DNA of 63,682 bases, filler included. It is 3 parts of 3 records of this genome, joined end to end, with 100 filler letters (N's around TTAATTAATTAA, not from the genome) between each part and the next. Parts side by side here need not be neighbours in the genome. Positions count along the whole stretch, not along the records: positions 1 to 31,063 come from SRR2962707_521; 2 more parts are not named here. One strand, 5' to 3'. The translations under genes were made by a program, and so were the position numbers. Of this stretch, positions 18,819-28,241 are shown in pieces. The notes below the pieces were generated by a model. It was not told the DNA's origin. It saw only the letters and a list, made by a program, of their open reading frames with translations, and made no database searches. Position 1 is the stretch's first letter. The number at the start of each line of letters is the position of its first letter.

Positions 18819-19745
18819 ATGTCCACAACTCGTATGCTGTCCTCCGGTCTTGTGCTGGCCACAGTCAGTTTGTCCACGATCGGCGGTGCTATGGCGCAGG
18901 ACAGGACCATCGCATTTTCGCCGCTGTCCCTCGACATTCCAGCGATGCAGGGCCTGTCCGGCGCGCTGAACCATTTCGCCGATGAGGCGGGCATTGGCTA
19001 TATGGCGCTCGACCCCAAGTTTGACGCCACGACCCAGGCCCAGCAGCTGGCGCAGGTCATCGAAACCGGCCGCGTCAACGGCGCCTGGGCCATTACCATT
19101 GGTGCACCAGCTCTGCGTAACGTCGTGCAGCGCGCGGTCGAGAGCGGCATTCCGATGGTCGTTTCCGGCCGGCCCGGAGACTACGGTCTCAGCGAGCCCC
19201 AGCCGGGCATTGCCTTTTCCGATATCGACTATGAAGACTACGGCACGACCATTGGCCGCGAACTGGGCAATTGCATTGTCGAGAAGCTCGAGGGCGAGGG
19301 CAAAGTGTTCTTCCTCGGCGACACTTCTGGCACCGAGGCGGCCAAGATAACCGACGATTTCGGCAAGGCCGGCCTGGAATATGCGGCACCAAACGCCGTC
19401 ATCATTGCCGAAAACCTGGCCCTGGAGCGTCTGGAAAGCCAGCAGAAGGTCTCACAGATGCTGCTGGCGCATGGCGACGCCAATGCGGTCTATGCCTCCA
19501 ATGACGAAAACGCCATGGGTGCCCTGCAGGCCTTTGAGGCTGCCGCACTGCCGACGCCCTGCATCGTGTCGGGCGGCGGCTCCGACGAGGTCCTCGGGTT
19601 TGTGGAGAGCGGCAAGATCTATGCGGCGGCCGGCTTCGACTTCGAAGGCGATGCACATCAGAACTTCCAGACTCTTTTGGCCATGATGGACAAACCGACC
19701 GAGCTCGGTCCCATCCTTTCCATCCCGATCAAACTGACGAAGTAA
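18819..19745 (+). CDS. Sugar ABC transporter substrate-binding protein (RbsB/CUT2 type)
   Basis: Signal peptide AMA-Q, periplasmic binding protein motifs AVESGIPMV, AVYASNDENAMGALQA. Confidence 0.88.
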   Translation: MSTTRMLSSGLVLATVSLSTIGGAMAQDRTIAFSPLSLDIPAMQGLSGALNHFADEAGIGYMALDPKFDATTQAQQLAQVIETGRVNGAWAITIGAPALRNVVQRAVESGIPMVVSGRPGDYGLSEPQPGIAFSDIDYEDYGTTIGRELGNCIVEKLEGEGKVFFLGDTSGTEAAKITDDFGKAGLEYAAPNAVIIAENLALERLESQQKVSQMLLAHGDANAVYASNDENAMGALQAFEAAALPTPCIVSGGGSDEVLGFVESGKIYAAAGFDFEGDAHQNFQTLLAMMDKPTELGPILSIPIKLTK

Positions 19746-19751
19746 ATCCTG

Positions 19752-20825
19752 ATGTCACACGACGCGATCAACGCTGGCGCTCCCTCGGGGGGCGCCATCA
19801 ACGGGGCAGCCGCGAGCAAGACCCACCTGCCCGCCGACATTGCCGTCCTGGTGTTCCTGCGGGACCGCGGTATCTTTGTGCTGTGGGTCTTGCTCCTCGT
19901 GGTCTTTGCCATTTGGAACCACCCGTATTTCGCCACCATCAACAATGCCATGTTGATCGTCAGCGCCGCGTCGCTGACGGCCATCTTTGCAGCGGCAGTG
20001 GCGGTGGGCCTGTTTTCAGGAGCGCTTGATCTATCGTTGCCCGGCGTCGCGGCACTTGCAACCTGTGTCGTGGGCGTGCTGATCAAGCAGTACGGGGTGC
20101 CGGTGCCGTTGTCCCTTCTGGCCGGCGTGGGCGTCGGTGTGATCTGCGGCCTGGTTAACGGCTCTATCGTGCTGCGCGGTCTCAACCCGCTAATCGTCAC
20201 GATCGGCACGCTGTCGGTGACATCGGGCCTGGCCGCACTGGTCGTCGGTGGCTATGCGATTTCGGGCTTGTTCGAACTCGAATTCATGGGCTCGGCCCGC
20301 TATCTCGGCATACCGTCACATGCTTACATTGTTGCCGTCGTCTACGCCGGGTTGACGGTGTTTCTCACCCGTACCCGCCACGGCATTCGCATGCGGGCGG
20401 TTGGCGGCAACGCCGAAGCCGTGCGCCGCGCAGGCCTCAGTGACCAGCGCTACAAGATATTGGGCTTTGTCATCTCGGCCATGCTGGCGTCACTGGGCGG
20501 CATCATGACCATGGCGCTGGTATTTGAAGCGTCTCCTTCGGCCAGTCCGTCCATCCTGTTCACGGCGCTGACCGCAGTGTTTCTCGCCGGCGTGTCGCTG
20601 GCCGGGGGCAGGGGGTCACTTCCGCGCGTGCTGATCGGTGCTTTGGTGCTGGCCACCATCTCCGATGCCCTGACCATTGCCGGCGTACAGCCCTATTGGG
20701 CAACCGTCACCACGGGGGCGCTGATGATTGGAGCACTGGTATTCGACAAGACCATGACCGAGGCTATTTCGAGCCGCCTGGTCAAGGTTTCGACTGCGTC
20801 CGTGCATGAAAGGGGCAGCAAATGA
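19752..20825 (+). CDS. Sugar ABC transporter permease
   Basis: GALDLS, TRHGIRMRAVGGNAEAVRRAG, AVFLAGVSLAGGRGS. Confidence 0.92.
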   Translation: MSHDAINAGAPSGGAINGAAASKTHLPADIAVLVFLRDRGIFVLWVLLLVVFAIWNHPYFATINNAMLIVSAASLTAIFAAAVAVGLFSGALDLSLPGVAALATCVVGVLIKQYGVPVPLSLLAGVGVGVICGLVNGSIVLRGLNPLIVTIGTLSVTSGLAALVVGGYAISGLFELEFMGSARYLGIPSHAYIVAVVYAGLTVFLTRTRHGIRMRAVGGNAEAVRRAGLSDQRYKILGFVISAMLASLGGIMTMALVFEASPSASPSILFTALTAVFLAGVSLAGGRGSLPRVLIGALVLATISDALTIAGVQPYWATVTTGALMIGALVFDKTMTEAISSRLVKVSTASVHERGSK

Positions 20826-21604
20826 CCCAGACCCGCGAAACTGCAGCCCTGCGCCTGACCGGCATTTCCAAGCACTACGGATATATCAAGGCGCTGGATA
20901 ATGTGGACCTGCATGTTCACCCCGGCGAAGTTGTGGCCCTGCTTGGCGATAATGGTGCGGGCAAGTCGACCCTGCTCAAGGTCATGTCCGGAGCCCATCA
21001 GGCCTCGTCCGGCGAGATCGCGGTGAATGGCAAGGCAGTGCACCGTTACGATCCCAAGATCGCGTCCGACCTGGGCGTGGAGATGGTCTACCAGGACCTT
21101 GCCCTGGTCGACACACTGGACATCTCGACTAATCTGCAGCTTGGCAAGGAGCCGCTGCTTCCGTTTCCGCTCAACCTTTTCGGCTTCGTCGATTTTCGCA
21201 AGATGCACCAGATCACCGAGACGCAGCTTGAGCGGCTGGGTGTGCGGACAGCGCCGCCCGAACGCCCAGTCGAAATGCTCTCGGGTGGCCAGCGCCAGGT
21301 CACGGCAATCTCCCGTTCGGCGGTGCGCCTTTTCGAACGTGGCAAGGGCACCATCCTGATGGATGAGCCGACTGCTGCGCTTGGATACGAACAGACCCAA
21401 ATGGTCGAACGGTTGATCCGGCGCATGGCCGATGAAGGTTTTGCCATCGTGCTGGTGACGCACAATCTGCCTTTGTGCTTTGCCGTGTCCGATCGCATTG
21501 TCGTGCTCAATCGTGGTCGCAAGGTTGCCGATGTTCCGCGCAGCGAGGCCGATCACAACCGCGTCGTCGCCTGGATCACAGGCGCCGAACAGGCCATCGC
21601 CTAG
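20822..21604 (+). CDS. Sugar ABC transporter ATP-binding protein
   Basis: GDNGAGKST, LSGGQRQ, MDEPTAALG. Confidence 0.93.
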   Translation: MTQTRETAALRLTGISKHYGYIKALDNVDLHVHPGEVVALLGDNGAGKSTLLKVMSGAHQASSGEIAVNGKAVHRYDPKIASDLGVEMVYQDLALVDTLDISTNLQLGKEPLLPFPLNLFGFVDFRKMHQITETQLERLGVRTAPPERPVEMLSGGQRQVTAISRSAVRLFERGKGTILMDEPTAALGYEQTQMVERLIRRMADEGFAIVLVTHNLPLCFAVSDRIVVLNRGRKVADVPRSEADHNRVVAWITGAEQAIA

Positions 21605-21631
21605 TCGCTCGATTTCCTCAGCAGGTGCAAG

Positions 21632-22477
21632 ATGTTAGAAACGATCACCATCGGCGACCGCGATGGGGAACCCCTCCGTGCCGATTTCTTCAAGCCGGCT
21701 AAAGCCGGTGCCGCCCTGCCGCTGATCGTGGCGGCGTCCGGCGGTGGCTGGCGGCGCGGCAATCGTCAGGCCCTGGAGGCATGGGGCAGGTTCTTCGACG
21801 CGCACGGCTTTGCCTTTGCCAGCATTGACTACGCAAGGGCCAGTACCGGGCCATCCTGGCCGCGCAACGCCCAGGATGTTGCCCAGGCGCTGCGCTATTT
21901 CGCAGCCAACGGTGTGGCGCACGAAATTGATCCTGAAAGGGTCGGCGTACTCGGCGTGTCCGCCGGGGCCCACCTGACAGCGCTGGCGCTGCTGTCCGAT
22001 ACCTTTGAAACGCCTCCGGTCCGCTGCTTTGCAGGCATTTACGGCGTCTACGATCTGATGGCGCATTGGCAGCACGACCTGGCGGCACATGGCCGCCCCG
22101 GCGAGGACTTGACCGAACGCATGATCGGTTGCACGCCTTACGACGACCCACAGCGCTTCCACGACGCGTCGCCTTTGCGGCAGATCACCTATGCCAAGGC
22201 CATGCCGGTGCTGTTGAGCTGGGGCCACAATGATCGTGAGGTCAGCCCGGAACAGTCGGCCCGGTTCGCCATTGCTCTCAAGCAAGCAGGTTTTCCTGTG
22301 CGCTGTCGGGAGTTCGACGAAGCGGGCCATTTTTGGTTCAGCGAGGAAGATCCTGCGGTGTCCGGCACTCTTTCGGCGCGGCTGGCGCCCGAACTGATGC
22401 TGTTCTTCAATAGATCGCTGGCTCCTGCGGAGGCGGGTGTATCCCAGTTTACGCTGGCTTCGCGAGCCGTGATCTAG
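21632..22477 (+). CDS. Alpha/beta hydrolase, HSL-family esterase
   Basis: Oxyanion SGGGW, nucleophile elbow GVSAG, Asp in NDREV, His in AGHFW. Confidence 0.87.
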   Translation: MLETITIGDRDGEPLRADFFKPAKAGAALPLIVAASGGGWRRGNRQALEAWGRFFDAHGFAFASIDYARASTGPSWPRNAQDVAQALRYFAANGVAHEIDPERVGVLGVSAGAHLTALALLSDTFETPPVRCFAGIYGVYDLMAHWQHDLAAHGRPGEDLTERMIGCTPYDDPQRFHDASPLRQITYAKAMPVLLSWGHNDREVSPEQSARFAIALKQAGFPVRCREFDEAGHFWFSEEDPAVSGTLSARLAPELMLFFNRSLAPAEAGVSQFTLASRAVI

Positions 22478-22503
22478 CTCATTCGAGCGTGGAGGAGGAG
22501 CCG

Positions 22504-22950
22504 ATGGACATTACCCCGGACGATTTTCCCGAGATCCGCTGGCACGGCCACTGGATCTGGATGGGTGACAGCACCATTGAAATGGGTTCGCCTGCCGGCG
22601 GGGATCGAAAGCCGCGTCCGCCTGCTCATGGCCTCTTCCGACGCTGCTTCGACCTGGCCTCGGTGCCCGGACGGGTCCCTGCGCGCATCACCGCGGGTTC
22701 GCGCTACATGCTGTTCATCAACGGCCAGCGGCTCGGATATGGCCCCATCCGCGGACATTACCGGCGTCTTTCCTACGACATGAACTATCTGGCGCCGTAT
22801 CTGCAACCGGGCCGGAACACGATTGCCGTCCTCGTCTCGGTCCGTGATGGCAGCCTGGACATAGAAAGCCCGGTTCCGATGCTGGTCGACCTGCCCGGAA
22901 ACCCCGAACAACGCCATCCTGCTGGGTGCACGACAATCAACCTGGACTAG
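22504..22950 (+). pseudogene. Internally deleted alpha-L-rhamnosidase (GH78): N-terminal domain fused to C-terminal tail
   Basis: WIW..LFRRCFDL..ARITAGSRYMLFINGQRLGYGP..YDMNYLAPYLQPGRNTIAVLV is the rhamnosidase N-domain; only about 148 aa, catalytic barrel absent. Confidence 0.7.
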
Positions 22951-22976
22951 ACGCGGCCCCGGCCGTGGGAGGATTT

Positions 22977-24629
22977 ATGCAAGACGACTTTTCTCAAGCC
23001 CCGTTCAACCTGGGTAAGGACGACCTGGCCTGGATCGAGGATCGCATGGCGGCGCTGACGCCGCGCCAGAAGATCGCGCAGCTCTTCAATGTGCTGCTGT
23101 GGGGTTCGGACCCCGCGGCTGTCGCCATGGTGGAGGAATTGCAGCCCGGTTCGGTGGGACGGTTCGATGTGGTCGATGTCGAGAGCGAACGGACGCTGCT
23201 CGATAGGCTGAATGCCAGCTTCACCGTGCCTATGGTGGTGACAACTGATCTAGAGGGCAGTTTTGCCTCGCCCAAGGGCTCGACCCCGTCTCCAAATCCC
23301 ATGGCCTTTGCTGCCATCAATGATCCCGACACGACCGAGAAGGTGTCCGCTGCCATGGCGCGGCAGGCAGCGGAAATCGGCATCAAGTGGTCTTTTACCC
23401 CCGCTGTGGACATCAACAAGGCTTGGCGGTCTGGCATTGTGGGGACGCGCAGCTTCGGCTCCGATCCAGAAAAGATCCGCGAACAGGCGCTGGCCCATAT
23501 GCGCGGCCTCCAGGGTGCCGGTTGCGCCGCCACCGCCAAGCATTGGCCGGGCGAGGGCTATGACGACCGCGATCAGCACCTGGTCACCACGGTCAATCCG
23601 CTCTCGGTCGCCGAATGGGAGTCCACCTATGGCCAGCTCTATCGGGCCCTCATTGAAGGCGGCGTGCTTACCATCATGCCGGCCCATATTGCCTTTCCGG
23701 CCTATATGCGGGACGTCGAGGGTGTAACAGGGCGCGACGCCTACAGGCCCGCCTCGATCAACCGGGCGCTCAACGAGAACCTCCTGCGTGGCCGACTTGG
23801 CTTCAAGGGTCTGCTGGTGTCCGACGCTACGCCCATGGCAGGGCTCACCTCCTGGATGAAGCGGGAGAACCTCGTCGTCGAACTGCTCAATTCCGGTTGC
23901 GACGTCATTCTGTTTGCCAAGGATCTGCGTGCCGACATCGAAACCCTCGAAGCGGCCTTGGCCGATGGCCGGGTGAGCTGGGACCGTGTGGACCAGGCCG
24001 TGCGGCGGCAGCTGGCCCTTAAGGCCCGGATCGGCGTCCGCAAGAACCACGGCATGTTGCCGCCTCCGATGCAAAATGGAGACGATGCCAAGGCCATTGC
24101 CGAGGCGCTCAAGCGCGCACCAACGCTGGTCAAGGACAGCAACCAGCACTTGCCCATGACCCCGGATCGCTATCGAAAGGTGTTGCTGGTCTCCAAGGGT
24201 GTGGTGTTTCCGCCGGCGCCCCAGCCGCTGCCTTTGGCGCTCATCGACATGATGAAGGCGGAGGGCTTCGAGGTGACCCATCACCAGTGGGGCACGCCTG
24301 TCGATCCCGCCGGATACGACCTGCTGCTCTACGTCTTTGCCGAGGAAACTCTCCTCACACGCGGCATCGTTTCGCTCAATTGGCTGGAAATGAACGGCCA
24401 GTTCGAGGCGGCGATGAACCGGCACTGGCATGACGTGCCCACGATCATGGTGTCGTTCGGCTGGCCCTATTACCTGGCCGAGGCCACGCTGGTGCCGACC
24501 TATATCAACGCTTATGCCGCCCACCCGGCCATGCAGCGCAATGTGCTGGATGCCATGATGGGCCGTGCAGGGTTTCCCGGCGAAAGCCCGATGGACGCTT
24601 GGTGTGGCATCGATCCAGCGATCTGCTGA
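22977..24629 (+). CDS. GH3 glycoside hydrolase/phosphorylase (Nag3/NagZ-like subgroup)
   Basis: DLEG, GTRSFGSDP, KHWPGEGYDDRDQH, LGFKGLLVSDA nucleophile; cytoplasmic, start after GGAGG. Confidence 0.9.
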   Translation: MQDDFSQAPFNLGKDDLAWIEDRMAALTPRQKIAQLFNVLLWGSDPAAVAMVEELQPGSVGRFDVVDVESERTLLDRLNASFTVPMVVTTDLEGSFASPKGSTPSPNPMAFAAINDPDTTEKVSAAMARQAAEIGIKWSFTPAVDINKAWRSGIVGTRSFGSDPEKIREQALAHMRGLQGAGCAATAKHWPGEGYDDRDQHLVTTVNPLSVAEWESTYGQLYRALIEGGVLTIMPAHIAFPAYMRDVEGVTGRDAYRPASINRALNENLLRGRLGFKGLLVSDATPMAGLTSWMKRENLVVELLNSGCDVILFAKDLRADIETLEAALADGRVSWDRVDQAVRRQLALKARIGVRKNHGMLPPPMQNGDDAKAIAEALKRAPTLVKDSNQHLPMTPDRYRKVLLVSKGVVFPPAPQPLPLALIDMMKAEGFEVTHHQWGTPVDPAGYDLLLYVFAEETLLTRGIVSLNWLEMNGQFEAAMNRHWHDVPTIMVSFGWPYYLAEATLVPTYINAYAAHPAMQRNVLDAMMGRAGFPGESPMDAWCGIDPAIC

Positions 24630-24631
24630 TC

Positions 24632-25561
24632 CTAGAGGCCCGATGCCCCCTCGGCGTCGGGCCGATGATTGCAGATGATCCCACGGACCCATTTGAGACA
24701 GGCATCGTCCTCGGCGAACCTGCCCCATTGCAACACCAACCTATTCTCCGGGACGTCAAAGGGCAGGGGGCTGACTGCGAGAGGCAGGATTTCCGCAAAT
24801 TTGCGGGCGATGGACTCCGGCAGGGTGCCGATACGGTCCGTACCCACGACCATCCAAGGCACCGCCGAGAAGGCGTTGACGGTCACGCCGGAGCGCAGCA
24901 TGCCATGCGTCTGCTCGATCAAGTTGCGGTCGGCAGGTATTTTTGCCATCTGCCCGATTTCAACAGTGACATGGCTAGCCGCCAGATAGTCCTCGACCGT
25001 CAATGTGCGGCCGGCCAATCGGCTTTCCTTCCACATCAGACAGGCAAAGGGTTCCGAATAGAGCTCCTGCATGGGGTGCTGGGGTGAGGTGTACTGGCGC
25101 GGGATCAGCAGGAAATCCATGCGACCCTGTTCGAGATAGGCATGGGGCGGATGCGTGATCGGACGGATGTTGAAGAAAATGCCCGGTGCGAGCGCCGACA
25201 CCCTGCGGCTCACCCCGGTCATGAAAATGATACTCGCCACGTCCGAAGTCATGATCGAAATCGTGCGCTGTTGCTCCTCAGGCCTGAACTCGCGAACCGC
25301 GAGCACATTGGTGTCGATGCGGCGCAGGAGGTCCCGCACCTCTTCGTGGATGACACGGGCGCGATCGGTCATCACCATTTGGCGGCCGACCCGCACCAGC
25401 AGGTCGTCTTCGAAAAACTCCCGCAGCCGCGTCAGTGCATTGCTCATGGCCGCCTGGCTCAGATGCATGCGCTCGGCTGCTCTCGTCACACTTTTCTCAT
25501 CCAGCAAGGCTTCGAGCGCCACCAGCAGATTGAGGTCCAGATTTCGAAACCGCATGTCCAT
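24632..25561 (-). CDS. NodD-like LysR transcriptional regulator (FdeR/NodD subfamily)
   Basis: MRFRNLDLNLLVALEALL..HLSQAAMSNALTRLREFFEDDLL; DFLLIP..SPQHP; GTDRIGTLP..LQW..DDACLKWVR all parallel NodD. Confidence 0.85.
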   Translation of the reverse strand: MDMRFRNLDLNLLVALEALLDEKSVTRAAERMHLSQAAMSNALTRLREFFEDDLLVRVGRQMVMTDRARVIHEEVRDLLRRIDTNVLAVREFRPEEQQRTISIMTSDVASIIFMTGVSRRVSALAPGIFFNIRPITHPPHAYLEQGRMDFLLIPRQYTSPQHPMQELYSEPFACLMWKESRLAGRTLTVEDYLAASHVTVEIGQMAKIPADRNLIEQTHGMLRSGVTVNAFSAVPWMVVGTDRIGTLPESIARKFAEILPLAVSPLPFDVPENRLVLQWGRFAEDDACLKWVRGIICNHRPDAEGASGL

Positions 25562-25600
25562 CTCCTCCGGTCCCAGTTTGGCAGATGGCAGGCTTGAGTA

Positions 25601-25639
25601 AAGAAATGGATTTGGCCTATGTCATAGTCTCTACTTATG
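25601..25639 (-). promoter_or_regulatory. LysR T-N11-A box plus activation site facing the nodD-like gene
   Basis: Minus strand ATAA-N7-CTAT followed by CAAATCCATT, in the same register as the site at 26555. Confidence 0.6.
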
Positions 25640-25652
25640 GACAGGATGGGCC

Positions 25653-26552
25653 ATGACGCTCGACCCGCGCTTGTTGCGTATTCTTTTGGCGGTTGCGCGA
25701 GAACGCTCGCTCTCGGCCGCCGCTGTGCGCCTCAACATGACCCAACCCTCGGTATCCATCGCCATTGCTCAGCTTGAAGACCGTGTCGGTAAGCAGGTGG
25801 TCATCCGTGATCGCAAGGGCGCGGTGCTGACGTCTGTTGGCGAGATGCTGGTGCGCCATGCCCGTGCGATCGAGAACGTTCTGTCCCATGCCGACCAGGA
25901 CTTGAAGCACCAATTGGTCGATGAGGACAGCCCGCTCACGATTGGCGGCACCACTGGCGCCCTGCTGGCCATTGTCCCCCGGACGACCAGCCTTCTGCAG
26001 TCAGAGGGCCGCGTAGTCGATATTTCGCTGGTCGACGCCACAGACCAGGATCTCGACGAATTGCTGCGCAGCCGTGCCGTGGATCTGGTGCTTTCGCCGG
26101 CGCCAGCCCGTCCAGGCCCGAGTGACATCGAGCATATCCTGCTCCTGCGCGAGCCGTTCCTTTTGGTGGCGGCCCCTGGAGTGGAGCTTCCTCAAAATGG
26201 GCTGAATGTGTCCCAGGCGGCGGGCTATCCGTGGATTCTGCCTCTGGCCCAGGGTGCCACGCGCAGCCAGGTGGAGGCCATGTTCCTCAGCGCCGATACG
26301 CCGCTCCCGCGCAACCTCGTCCGGTGCGACCTGCTGGCAACCATGAAGGAACTTGTGCGCCATACCGGCTCCCTCGCCCTTCTGCCGGCCTCGGTCGTTG
26401 AGGCAGAGATCGCTGCAGGACTGCTGCAGACCGTTCCGCTCGTCGGTGGACCACCGCCGCGCCGCCTGATTGCCCAGCGCCTGCGCAGTGCGGAATTGTC
26501 CCCGACAGCAGCGCGCTTCCTGCGCCATGCGCAAACCCTGCAGGAACTCTAA
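25653..26552 (+). CDS. LysR family transcriptional regulator
   Basis: SLSAAAVRLNMTQPSVSIAIAQLEDRVG HTH; LTTR effector domain. Confidence 0.92.
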   Translation: MTLDPRLLRILLAVARERSLSAAAVRLNMTQPSVSIAIAQLEDRVGKQVVIRDRKGAVLTSVGEMLVRHARAIENVLSHADQDLKHQLVDEDSPLTIGGTTGALLAIVPRTTSLLQSEGRVVDISLVDATDQDLDELLRSRAVDLVLSPAPARPGPSDIEHILLLREPFLLVAAPGVELPQNGLNVSQAAGYPWILPLAQGATRSQVEAMFLSADTPLPRNLVRCDLLATMKELVRHTGSLALLPASVVEAEIAAGLLQTVPLVGGPPPRRLIAQRLRSAELSPTAARFLRHAQTLQEL

Positions 26553-26554
26553 TC

Positions 26555-26593
26555 TATAGGCTACATCTATACTGATCGGCAAAACCATTATTT
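26555..26593 (+). promoter_or_regulatory. LysR recognition and activation sites upstream of the monooxygenase operon
   Basis: Perfect TATAG-N7-CTATA at 26555-26571 followed by CAAAACCATT. Confidence 0.7.
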
Positions 26594-26666
26594 GGCTTTA
26601 GGGGGCACGCCGTCGATAGTCGCCTCCTAACCACGAGAGCCGGTAACGGGCAGTTTAGGATGCGGC

Positions 26667-28241
26667 ATGGCGCCACGGTGGGACATCGCGATCATTGGCG
26701 GCGGGCCGGTTGGAGCCTATCTCGCCAATAGACTTGGTCTTTCAGGCCTGCGCGTGTTGGTCGCCGACCGCGAAACGGCGCCCTATGCCTTGCCGCGCGC
26801 CGTGCATATCGACCACGAAATGGTGCGCCTGCTGGCCGATATCGGCCTGGCCGACCAGATGATCACCCGGATGCGCGCCGGTGACGGACATGTGCATATC
26901 GGGGCGGACCATGGCGTCATTCGCTACCTTTCGGTTGCCGGTAGTCCACGTCGCTATGGCTACGCCAATGACTATTTTTTCTATCAGCCCGAGCTTGAAG
27001 GCGTCCTGCGCGAGGGGCTGGCTCGCTTTGACAAAGTCGAACTGCGTCTCGGGGCCGAACTGGCCGGTCTGACGCAGGATGAGCATGGCGCGACGCTGAC
27101 CTTTGCCGATGGCAGAGTCGAGCAGGTAAAATGGGTGATCGGCTGCGATGGGGCCCGCTCGACCGTCCGCAAGCTGGCCGGCATAAGGCTCGATGATCTC
27201 GAATTTGACGAGCCCTGGTTGGTCGTCGATGCCGAAGTGGATGGGCCGATATCCTTCCCGTCATTTGCCGGGGTGCCTGACGGCGCCAACCTGCAGAACC
27301 TGTCGGTGATGATGTGCGACCCGGCGCGCCCGGCCACGATCGTCCCAGGCCGTGATAACCATCGCCGCTGGGAATTCATGCTGCTGCCCGGCGAAGACGA
27401 TGCCGCAATGGCTATGCCGGAGCGGGTTTCCGAACTTGTGGCGCCCTGGGTGCAAGGCGTGAGCCACACCATCATCCGCGCCGCCACCTATCGCTTCCAT
27501 GGCCTCGTGGCCGAGAAATGGCGGGTGGGGCGCGTGTTCCTCGCAGGTGATAGCGCGCACCAGACGCCGCCGTTTTTTGGCCAGGGCATGTGCCATGGCC
27601 TGCGCGACGCCGCCAATCTGGCCTGGAAGCTGGCGCTGGTCTGTGCCGGCAGGTCCAACAGTCTGCTGCTCGACACCTACCAGCCTGAACGTGAAGCCCA
27701 GGTCCGGCATGTCATAGGGGCCGCTGTCAATGCCGGCCGCTACATCTGTGAACTTGACCCGGGTAAGGCCGCCGAACGTGACGCACGAATCCGCAGCGAC
27801 GGCGGAATGCGCTCCGCCTCCGAACTCATCGCGCCCATGGCATCCTCCATCATTTCGGCCGACGCTGGCGAACGCTTCATCAATCCGCAGCTTGGCGAGG
27901 GACGTTATCTTGACGATGCCACCGGGCGCGGTTGGGTGCTGCTCGAAACCGAACAGCATCAGCTCGGGCAAGCCGCCCGGGCCATACTGGAGGCGCTTGG
28001 TGCCTCGCGGCATGCCCTCGACGCGCTGAACGATAGCCACGCCATGCTGGCCGGCTGGTTTGCCGAACGCAACCTGACTGCTGCGCTGATCCGGCCCGAT
28101 TTCTATATCGGGCTCGTCGCCAACGCGTCGGGCCAATTGAATGACAGGCTGGTCCACATGGCGAATGCGGCGGGACTGGACCAGCGCTCCCCACACGACC
28201 TGACACAAGAAGAACCGGGAAACATCCATGCGCTTCGTTAG
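26667..28241 (+). CDS. FAD-dependent aromatic monooxygenase (MhpA/FdeE-like)
   Basis: GGGPVG, PRAVHID, FYQPELE, GCDGARS, LAGDSAHQTPPFFGQGMCHGLRDAANLAWKL. Confidence 0.9.
   Translation: MAPRWDIAIIGGGPVGAYLANRLGLSGLRVLVADRETAPYALPRAVHIDHEMVRLLADIGLADQMITRMRAGDGHVHIGADHGVIRYLSVAGSPRRYGYANDYFFYQPELEGVLREGLARFDKVELRLGAELAGLTQDEHGATLTFADGRVEQVKWVIGCDGARSTVRKLAGIRLDDLEFDEPWLVVDAEVDGPISFPSFAGVPDGANLQNLSVMMCDPARPATIVPGRDNHRRWEFMLLPGEDDAAMAMPERVSELVAPWVQGVSHTIIRAATYRFHGLVAEKWRVGRVFLAGDSAHQTPPFFGQGMCHGLRDAANLAWKLALVCAGRSNSLLLDTYQPEREAQVRHVIGAAVNAGRYICELDPGKAAERDARIRSDGGMRSASELIAPMASSIISADAGERFINPQLGEGRYLDDATGRGWVLLETEQHQLGQAARAILEALGASRHALDALNDSHAMLAGWFAERNLTAALIRPDFYIGLVANASGQLNDRLVHMANAAGLDQRSPHDLTQEEPGNIHALR

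Noticed and set aside
23250-24728. 492-aa minus-strand ORF
   Set aside because: Antisense shadow of the GH3 gene
24632-25561. Reading the nodD-like gene as a symbiosis island
   Set aside because: No nodABC/IJ, nif or fix genes in the contig; the neighbours are catabolic
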